DNA of 64,000 bases from the human T2T-CHM13v2.0 reference genome, Homo sapiens: NCBI RefSeq assembly GCF_009914755.1, contig NC_060947.1. One strand, 5' to 3'. The position numbers were made by a program, and so were the translations under genes. Shown here one piece after another: positions 55,587-64,000 of the stretch. The notes below the pieces were generated by a model. The model ran no database searches, had not been told where the DNA came from, and saw nothing but the letters and a program-made list of their open reading frames with translations. How positions within the stretch are numbered: position 1 is the first letter of the stretch; each line of letters starts with the position of its first letter.

Positions 55587-55758
55587 ACATATCACAGCGA
55601 GGCCATGTTGAAGCTCAAAACGTTTTCCCCCCTGAGTAAGAAAGCTTGTTCTTTCTCTCTCTTTCCCTGTCTCTGTCTGTGATTTTTTTTTTTTCTCGGT
55701 GGCTCTCGGGATGAAATCAAAGCGAGAGTTCGCGACAGCTCAGGTGGCTGGACTCCAT

Positions 55759-55938
55759 TCAGCGCGTTCCCAGGAAAAACATGAGTATGACATTGACAAG
55801 CAGGAGGACTACAATCACGGCAAAAACGACTACAGTTTGCACATCCAGGGTCATGGTGCAATGCAGAACACTGTAGTGTTCCAGGTGGGGGGCCGGCAGA
55901 TTGGGAGATGTCAGTCTCTGTTCTGTCAGACTGTCCAT
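55759..55938 (-). CDS. Candidate 59-aa upstream-ORF microprotein with a C-terminal transmembrane helix (31-aa form from the internal ATG at 55854)
   Basis: Hand translation from ATG to TGA: MDSLTEQRLTSPNLPAPHLEHYSVLHCTMTLDVQTVVVFAVIVVLLLVNVILMFFLGTR. Residues 36-56 form a 21-aa hydrophobic span, encoded by varied, non-repetitive codons. Confidence 0.65.
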   Translation of the reverse strand: MDSLTEQRLTSPNLPAPHLEHYSVLHCTMTLDVQTVVVFAVIVVLLLVNVILMFFLGTR

Positions 55939-56014
55939 ACAGCCACCATGCTAGAAAGGAGAGGAGGAAGTAGGGTGGTTAGAGAAGGGCTGGGTTTGGC
56001 GCCCGAGTTTAGTC

Positions 56015-56042
56015 GGGGGAGGGGAGGGGGATGGGGACGGGG
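56015..56042 (+). other. G-quadruplex-forming motif
   Basis: GGGGGaGGGGaGGGGGatGGGGacGGGG: five G-runs of at least 4 with 1-2 nt loops. Confidence 0.75.
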
Positions 56043-56099
56043 TGCTTGGTTCCCCCCTTCTCAGGATTGGGCTGATCGTTTGTCCCTAGCTGAGAAATC

Positions 56100-56760
56100 T
56101 TAGCTTGCGCTGAAGTCGGCAGAGTCCAGCATTCTCTCTCGGGCGCCACGGGAAAGGCAAAATCCTAGCTTTCAAAGGGAAAGGCGGGGGGAACCTGTGA
56201 GTGGTTCTCCGGCGCCTGCTCAGTCTGTCCGGGCGTGCGTCCGTCCGCCTGCCTGGCTACCGGTCAGTCTCAGTCTCCCCTACTCCCTTTACTTCGCTCG
56301 TTTTCCTAAGCTTGCTCGCTCTCTTCGCTGGGCTCCCGGCTGCCAGACACTCGTTCGATCCCTGCCTTGCTGGCCCTATCCCTCTTCTCTCCCCATCCCC
56401 CGCTCAGCCCATAGGCTGCCTTTTTATTCACCGAGCGACTGCGGGCGCTTGCGTGAGGCGCGGCCAGAGCCACTGACATACCCGCCGACCAATAACAGAT
56501 GCCGCAGTAGCACGTTCGCTGCCCAGGGGCGGGACTTGCGCTGGCGTGCTAGCCGCGACCGCCAATCAGAGCCTCAAGGCTCCCAAGCAAGCTCGCTCTC
56601 CCCAGACCGGCGAGAGTCACCAGCCACCAGTTCTGGTTTGGGGGTGGGGAGCTTCTTGGGGGCGGATAGAGGGGGTATATAAGGAGATGGGGAGGAAAAG
56701 GACTGGGAAAGAGGGAGGGAAGGGACCCAATAGGATGCAAGGGGAGGAGATCACGTGAAG
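56100..56760. promoter_or_regulatory. ARHGEF9: CpG-rich promoter of ARHGEF9 (GC boxes, CCAAT boxes, TATA-like box, E-box)
   Basis: The main CpG-dense region of the window. GGGGCGGGAC at 56526-56535, GGGCGG near 56660, GCCAATCAG at 56561-56569, ACCAAT near 56488, TATATAAG at 56676-56683, TCACGTGA at 56751-56758. Confidence 0.85.
56482..56650 (-). other. ARHGEF9: Putative short non-coding first exon (5' end uncertain)
   Basis: Consensus-like donor GCGG|GTATGT at 56482/56481 inside the CpG-rich promoter, about 530 nt upstream of the 55950 acceptor. Confidence 0.5.
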
Positions 56761-57594
56761 AGGGAGAAAAAGAAGAAAAGACGAGGAGGAAGGAGAAGAG
56801 AGGGAAGATAATGAAGAAAGAGAATTGTGGGGAAAGGCAGAAAAAAGGATGGTGAGGAGAAAGAAGGAATGGGGGAAAAACGGATAGGTAGCTGTGGAGA
56901 ATGCATGTGCCTAGCAGCCACTTTGTTTGGAGCCTGGGCCAAGGAGGAAGCAAAGGTGCTTTTGGCCACTGCCTAAGAATTTACAGGCAACCCACAATTA
57001 GCTATAAAAAGCCAACAAACCAGTGTTGTGGACAGAATCACAGGGACACACGACAGAATTTCCAAAATCCAATTCTATTTGGCTTTCCCTGATACCACTG
57101 CCCTTACCTGGTCAGATTTCCTTTCTTGATTATAGATTCTTCAGACTAGGACAGTTAGCTTGCAATTTTCCAGCATTCTGGGTACTATGAAGGGAAGCCA
57201 GCATAGGGTTAAACATTCGCCATGGAAAATCCTCTACAGAACTTGCAATCTGCTTCTAATCATTGCCCTGCTCTGTGACCTGGTATCTAGAGCTAAGGAG
57301 GGAAAAGCCATGGAGTGGAGACCAGAAGGTTTCAAATTTACTCTCAGCCCTACCTCAAACTTGCTGTATGACTTTTGGGCAATTCCCTTTTCCTCTCAGG
57401 GGTCTGTCTTCTGTCTCCCTCCTGTCAATGAGGACTTAGACTTATCTGAGAATTCAGTTAAACCTCAGAACACTCACCTCAGAAAAAAACAATTTCAGTG
57501 GTTCCCTGGGCCTTCAAACCAAGGATTCCCTTATACAGGAGATCTCTCAGAGCCTTTTTGCTCTTATATTATAGGATTATATGACTGAACAGAT

Positions 57595-57880
57595 AGGTAT
57601 ATACCTAAGAAAAATGAAAACATGCCAACACAAAAACTTATACATGAATGCTTATAACAGCATTATTCACAATAGCCAGAAGATGGAAACAATTCAAATG
57701 TCCAACAACTGATGAATGGGTAAACAAAATGTGGTATATACATACAATGAAGTATTATTTAACCATAAAAAGGAATGAACTACTGATACATGCTACAACA
57801 TAGATGAGCTTTGAAAACATGCTAAGTGAAAGACGTGAGAAAAAGGCTTTTGTAAGATTCCATTTATAGAAAATGTTCAT
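57595..57880 (+). mobile_element. L1M 3' fragment
   Basis: cagcattattcacaatagcc...caaatgtccaacaactgatgaatgggtaaacaaaatgtggtatatacatacaatg. Confidence 0.85.
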
Positions 57881-58049
57881 ATAGTTAGCGTAAATACTGT
57901 TTCATGATGCTTTTGTTTCAGTTATATATAAATATAAATGTACTGGCCTGTAATGTGAAATGTGTTTCTTATAGCAAGTAATAGTCAAAACGGTTTGAAA
58001 ACTACTCTTCTAGATTATGTTGAGACAGATACTGGTGATCAGGACAGTA

Positions 58050-60245
58050 CCATAATATAAACAACTACAGTCTTTCTCCTAGTCTTTGAAAGTTCAGTCT
58101 TATCCTGTCTCTATTTCCTCATTATCTTTTGACCCCTCAACCCACTGCATCCTGGCTTTACCCTCATTGTCCTATAGAAAACTGAAACCTCTTGTGAATA
58201 GGAAAAAAAACAACCAACTTGTTACTAAATCTCATGGCCAACTTTCAATCTTTACCTTTCGTAACTTTTCTCCCATTTGACTCCACTGATGCCTTCCTCA
58301 ATCCTGAAATGCTCCTTTTCCTTGGGAACACCATCCACATGACCTGTATGTTTATGCTGTCTTCACTTCCTGCATGGGTTCTTCTTCATCCAGTCATTAA
58401 TGCCATGATTTCTGAGTTCTTCTGATTGCAGTCCCCTTTTCTTCTCATTCTGCATTTGCACTGAATGGGCTCATCTACTTCCAAGGCTTGAACTACCATC
58501 TACATTGCACATTGATGCACCTCCTTTCTACAAAATTACACCACCACTGGGAAACAAAACAGACATAGGACCTTGCTTGCACGTAAGCAGAGAGCTGCTG
58601 ATGACTCCAAGGTAGCTCTCCTGGACCCCAGAATGAAAGTTCTACTGCTTTCTGGATATCTCCTCCTTAGTATCTCACAAGCATATCAAACTTAAAAAGT
58701 CCCAAATTGAAGTCATCTCCTCCCACTCTTGCTGGTTTCCTTCTTCCCCTGAGTCCTTTGTCTCCTGGGAATGGCAGTCACACACTGAGCTTGCCAGAAA
58801 CCAAGAAAATATCTACAAGTTTTTTCTCTCCCTCACCTCACTGGTGGCCAACAAGTCTTTTAGTTCTGTTGATCCTCTTCCTCCTTAATCTCTCTCATTT
58901 GTCCCTTTCTCTCTTCCTGCTGTCACTACTTTTAATCAGTTCCTCATCATCTCTGATCCATCACAATTCATTACCAGTTATCTTATGCTGCTCTCCCTCC
59001 CCAATTAAGCCTCTACTCTTCTGCCCAAATTCTTTCCTCAAAAGCAGTTTTGCTCTTGTCAATCTTGGGTAGATACTCTGGATTGGTTTTTAAGGATCCA
59101 CTCCTTCTAGCCTGCCTTCCTATATTGCTGAAAAGCTAAAAACCAAAAAAACTACAACAACAATAAACTGGCATTTCCAAGATTCCTTTGCAGCCAGCGT
59201 TCTGGATATGACATAGTGATGCCAATCATATGCACATGCACAGTATTTAGAAGGAGGTGGTTGGTGAGCCAGAAGTCATGTCTCTGTTGCTTCTGTTGGA
59301 AAGCACAATGGTGAAAGTGTTGGGGTTTTTTTGTGTGTGTTACCGTAGGTTCCAGTGTCTAGCCATTGGCTTTGTGCATTCTGAGAGCCAGAGAATGGGA
59401 CTTTTTTTTTTTTTTTTTGTCACTGAGGATCTGGTAGGCATAGTGATACTCTAGCCAACAGATGGTTAGAGCTGTGGCAGCTTCCTCATTCCTAAATTGC
59501 AGACAAGGCAGCATGCTCCTAGAGCCCCTGACGCCTCATCTTCCTGCTTGTCAGAGAGAGCAGCTACCCTGACACTGTTCTTGGAGGCATAGCCTAAAGC
59601 TTGCCCCTCCAGCCCTCCCACCAATTTTGTAAGCACTTTATTTTCTATATTAAAACTCCTTCTGCTGAAAAGAACTACAGTGGTTTATTTTTGCAGCTGA
59701 AACCTGACTTATATAATGCCTCTGTTCAAAGGCCTTCAATAGCTCCTCGGCGCATTTAAGGCAAATTCTGTAGTGTGGCATAAAATGTCCTGCCAATCTG
59801 ATGTCCTTCGGCCTCTGTATCCTCAGCTCTTACCAGTGCCCTCTCATTCTCTGTTCTCTAGCTACATAGAACCTACAGTAGTTCTCATAACTCATGAGGT
59901 TCTCTTGCCTCAGGGCCTATATAAACTGCTGCTTTATTTTTCCAGCTCCCCATTTCAAAGCTCAGCTGAGGTGCCACCACCTCCAGAAGGCTTTCTCTAA
60001 TGTTCTCTTCCTCAACAATATTCTGAATGATAGTCCTCTCCCATAGGATCCTACGTTTAGCCCTCTTGAAACATTTATTAAACTGTATTGTATTTTTTTC
60101 TTGTTTGTATCCTTTACTGGACTGTGAAGCTAGGAGGGCAGAGACCACGACTGTCTTGTTCACTGCTTTCTCCCTTTGTGCCCAGCGCAGTGTCTGACAC
60201 TTAGCAGGTGCTTCATAACAAACACCTATTGGATGCATGAATGTC
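58050..60245 (+). mobile_element. LINE-2, interrupted by an LTR at about 59.06-59.71 kb
   Basis: Pyrimidine-rich L2 body on both sides of the LTR, and an L2 3' end (agggcagagaccacgactgtcttgttcactgc...gcaggtgcttcataa...gcatgaatg). Confidence 0.65.
59060..59710 (+). mobile_element. Solo LTR, ERVL class (LTR16/LTR33-like)
   Basis: catttccaagattcctttgcagccag motif and LTR 3' end attaaaactccttctgctgaaa...tgcagctgaaacctgact. Confidence 0.5.
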
Positions 60246-60837
60246 TCCTTCATCCACTGGTCTCCACTCAAAGACTCATATCTTCCAACCACAGAAGGCA
60301 GGACCTGATGGAACCACAGAGAAAAATCTAAGCCCTTATATTCCAGGTTCACAGAGAAGGGAAGCAACTTGTCAAAGATTATACAGCTAATTGCTGGCAG
60401 AGTGGGAACCAAAGCCCTTGTATCTTAAGTCTCAAAAGTACTTTTGAGAGATTTCAGACCCTGGAACACGGTATTTGATACCAGCCCTGTCCATGTGTGG
60501 GTAGCTTTCTGAGTTATGTGACCAATCAACTTTGCTCACAATTTTTTTTAATGGAGTCCTCTACATTTGGAGTAGCAATACCCCTCCCGAGATCTATTCC
60601 TTCTTGCTGACAAGTCTCAAGGAATTAGATAATCTCTTGGTCTAGCACAACTCCAGTTCCATCCTGCCATCCCTTCTGCAACATCCCCACTAATTGGTTA
60701 TCCGGTCTCAGCTCCAACACCTATAATGATGGGGCAGTTCCTCCCTCCCAAGACAGCCCCTTCATCTTTGGGACAATCTCAGATGGTAGAAAGTTCTTCC
60801 ATCTCTTTGAGCCAGATGTTGTCACTACTTCTACCAC

Positions 60838-62347
60838 AGCCAGGGCTGAGGAGCTAATCACTCCATGAGAGGGTCTGGGATAATAATGCCCTCAAATTCA
60901 CACTAGTTCTCAGATCTGAAAGGCAGTTCAATAGATTATGATAATGATAGTTAACACTTACAAACTGCTTACTCTGTGTCAGGCACTGTTTGAAGCCCTG
61001 TACATACATAAACTCTTTTAATCCTCACAACAACTCTATGAGGTAGGTACGGTAGGTACTATTATTGTCCTTATTTTATAGATGAGGAAACTGAGGCAGA
61101 ATGAAGTTAAATAACTTGCCTAAGGTCACATGGCTAGTAAGATATGGAGCGCAGATGTAAACTCAAATTGTCTAGCTCTAGAGTCTGCTATTAAACACTA
61201 TTCTATATAAATGCCAATAAGTGACACATGTCCCATCTTTCAATAACATCTGACATGATGTCTCCTAGGTCACAGGGATAAACTGTTTCAGTGTCTTCAT
61301 CTGGGCCTCAGTGGCCTACCTCCCAAACCCAAGATCCCTAGTTCTCAAACCTTTTCCTTCTGTCAGGGAAAAAAAAAAATTCCTGGTTGTCCTTTGCTTC
61401 TCATGTTTTGCATAGCTCCCAAAGACCCACTTCTGCCAGGAAGCACTCCCAGGCAAAGTTCCATTTTTTTTTGTCCCGATCTCCACTGCTGCTCACTTCC
61501 CATCCAACCCCTACCCTAGCTTCCTCATAGTCCCTCATGCTTGCTACAGTCTACAGATACTGAATCCTGTCTGTTTATTGTCTTAGCTACTGATACGACT
61601 AGATGCTCTTGCATGTTCATGGGTATCATCTCTATTTAAGACAGGCTGCCCCCTAAGGACAAAAACTCCTGTTTAGTTCAATTATTCAGCACAGAAATCA
61701 CTACTCCTCCAAAATCAGTTCAATTCAATAAGCCCTTATTCTGACAGCTAAGGGATACAGAGTGGATCTCAGGGATTTTACAGTTTAGTGGGAGAGCTAA
61801 TCAGTGATGCACATAATTTCAATGTCATACAGTAAGTATCCCAAGCACAATCAGGTGATGAATAAAGTTGTTGATGATTACGAACAAATAAATAATTTTA
61901 TGTTCAAAAGGGAAAAAGAGATCATCTCCTCCCAACCTCCCTGTGTAGGTATCCTCTCTATAGTACATGAAAGGTGAGGGGGAGGAGGAGAAGGAAACAC
62001 CTACTCACCTACTTTGGGCCCACATGGTGCTAGGCCTTTTAACATATTATTTTACTTAATTATCCCTAGAAGTTTGAGAAGAAGAAATTGTTATCATTAT
62101 TTTAAAAGAGTAACTATACCTGAGAGTGTTTACATCATTTGCCCATAACCATACAAGTTTGAGGAAGCAGTAGCAGGATTTGAATTGAGATCTCTTTCCA
62201 AAGCCACTCTTCCAAAGCAGTTTGTAAGTGTTAACTATCATTATCATAATCTATTGAACTGCCTTTCAGACCTGAGAACTAGTGTGAATTTGAGGGCATT
62301 ATTATCCCAGACCCTCTCATGGAGTGATTAGCTCCTCAGTCCTGGCT
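60838..62347. repeat. 133-bp inverted repeat pair (60838-60970 and 62215-62347)
   Basis: Hand alignment of the reverse complement gives 131/133 identity. Confidence 0.96.
60940..61200 (-). mobile_element. MIR SINE
   Basis: attttatagatgaggaaactgaggcaga...ttaaataacttgcctaaggtcacatggctagtaa. Confidence 0.8.
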
Positions 62348-63951
62348 TTCCAAAGCCACAAATCACCCATGGTCATTTGTGCAGGTTACCGCCTGAGACC
62401 AAGGGTATGCCTGCCACACCTTTGGCAAGGCTGTTGAAGATTTAAAACTACCAATGCTTTTAAAAATCTACCACTAAAAATAAGTCAGCCGTTTGAGCTT
62501 TTGGGGAGACAAGAGACTTGTTTGAGGTCACACAGCTACCAAGAAGCAGAGGCTGGACTTACATCTGCCTAAAATATTACATATTTTTATTGTTTATTGA
62601 TTTATTGTCTCCTTTATAAAATGTAAGCTCCATGAAAGCACATTGCTTTGTTCATATCTGTATCCTCAGCACCTAAAATAGTGCTTAGCACTCAATAAAT
62701 ATATTTTTAATGACTGAATAACTAAATTAATGAATGAATGAGTGAATGAAGAGCAAGGCATAGCCCTGAGGACTCGCAATGTAAAATGTAAAGGAAGTCT
62801 TGTTATGGAAAGTATTCTCTGCTACAGCCTGAGAATACCAATCTTCACCCTTCTCCCACCCCAAGGGCCTTCATTAGTAAGTACTCCTCCAAAAGGTACT
62901 ATAAAGATTACAGTTTGAGAATTTCAAGATCTCTTTAGTTTTCTGTTCTCCGATGACATAGTTGCCACCCTAAACCACCACCCAGAAACTTTTCCCTCAA
63001 GAAAAACTGCCTATACCACCCTCCTGTGGCTAATGACTGAATAAATACCTGAGTAAATACCCAGGAAACAGCAGTTTCCTTCTGTTCCTTCACATGAATC
63101 TATTTTGGGCCTATTTCACATTTATTTTAGGCCTCTTTCAGTTCTATTTCAAGCAAGCTAGTAGGCCAGACCATCTGGCTCTACTCAGGGTAGAGAGAGA
63201 ACTGGTTGGAAAAGAGCAGCAAAGGTCTAAAAGCCCCTTTAGAGGAAGTACAATGGTTTTCTGTCAAGCTCAGGATCTTTCTGGGGTAGCTAAAGTCAAT
63301 CATGCATCAGTTCAAGACTGTGGTGGGGAGTGAACATTTCTCTCAGTATCAGAACCCAGTGTTTAGTTGTAGAGCCTAATCTCCTGGATAATTCCACTCC
63401 TGAGCCTCATAACTCATTCAGTCAGCTAAGCCCCTCTGACCTCCATGTCCAGGTGTATTTGTTTACAAGCTTTATTTGAACTGCAAGCCATTGGACATTC
63501 GGGACACAATCACTCATCATCAAATTAAGCATGGAGCTTTGCTTATAAGAGGTACTCAACAAGAATCACATAGATAAGCAGGTAGGTGGGCAGGTAGGTA
63601 GCCAGGATATGGTAATATGTTGAAATTGCAAAACAAGAAAGGAGGTAAGTATAGCTGGGGAGTTTGTAAGAGGCTAGATTATATGTCGGAGGGAGACTAA
63701 GGAATTCACTTTGAGGAGCTGTATTTTCTGTAGAAGGCCAAGATAGTCTAGCAATGAGACTCTAAGTGAAGATGTTAAGAAAGGGCTGGACATCCCCAAA
63801 TATTGGTAAAGAAGAGAAGAGTGCAGGACACATAAATAGATGGGGGCTTATAGAAATTCATGAGGGCCTAGCTAAGACTGCTGAAGCTCTCTGTGGACTG
63901 ATAGGGAGAGATTTTGAAGATATGCAATGTGGAAAAAGCAAGATGCAGAAT

Positions 63952-64000
63952 ACTGTTGACCCTTGAACAACACAGGTTTGAACTGCACAGGTCCACTTAT
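63952..64000. mobile_element. Terminus of a Tigger2/MER8-like DNA transposon (runs off the window)
   Basis: ctgttgacccttgaacaacacaggtttgaactgcacaggtccactta resembles the Tigger2-family terminal sequence. Confidence 0.65.

Larger units (their letters stand above)
55578..55950 (-). other. ARHGEF9: Exon carrying the uORF-rich 5' leader and the MTL start (it may also extend upstream as a first exon)
   Basis: Strong polypyrimidine acceptor cttcctcctctcctttctag|C at 55951/55950; donor at 55577. Confidence 0.7.

Noticed and set aside
55592-55861. Supplied 89-aa ORF (MHHDPGCANCSRFC...), Cys-rich
   Set aside because: It starts at TTG, and its Cys/His pattern is the shifted-frame shadow of the Val-rich TM ORF at 55759-55938. 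It is kept only as part of the A-tract observation.
55699-56103. + strand 134-aa ORF containing a perfect GCCACCATG at 55942-55950
   Set aside because: It is antisense to the exon, with no evident + strand promoter upstream. The downstream peptide is just the complement of the polypyrimidine tract and the G-rich motif.
56197-56969. Long ORFs over the promoter (161, 134 and 91 aa)
   Set aside because: Explained by GC-rich and purine/pyrimidine-biased composition with few stop codons; no recognisable protein features.
58707-59072. 121-aa Leu/Ser-rich hydrophobic ORF (similar ones at 4898-5197 and 25497-25826)
   Set aside because: Hydrophobicity results from pyrimidine-rich L2 or low-complexity sequence, unlike the leader microprotein, which lies in a spliced exon with an ATG start.

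Overview
Primate (human-like, Alu-containing) genomic DNA covering the 5' part of ARHGEF9 (collybistin) on the minus strand. Three coding exons can be read directly, all with phase-0 junctions: the 9-nt 'MTL' start (55578-55586), the 180-nt SH3 cassette exon (25802-25981) and the 192-nt linker/DH-start exon (7528-7719). A CpG-rich promoter lies at about 56.1-56.8 kb. The rest is intronic and dominated by L1, L2, MIR, Alu, MER5/MER3, LTR and microsatellite sequence. The most notable feature is in the exon carrying the MTL start (55578-55950). Its 5' leader holds nine upstream ATGs and a 59-codon ORF (55759-55938) that is absent from the supplied ORF track. This ORF encodes a C-terminal single-pass transmembrane microprotein (MDSLTEQRLTSPNLPAPHLEHYSVLHCTMTLDVQTVVVFAVIVVLLLVNVILMFFLGTR), with a better-Kozak 31-aa internal form. 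It is also in frame with the exon's splice acceptor, so the locus may be bicistronic or switch products by splicing. Other unexplained structure includes a near-perfect 133-bp inverted templated insertion flanked by a 14-bp duplication (60.8/62.3 kb) and a 101-bp direct duplication (33.5/34.0 kb). Repeat boundaries and subfamilies are approximate, assigned by eye.
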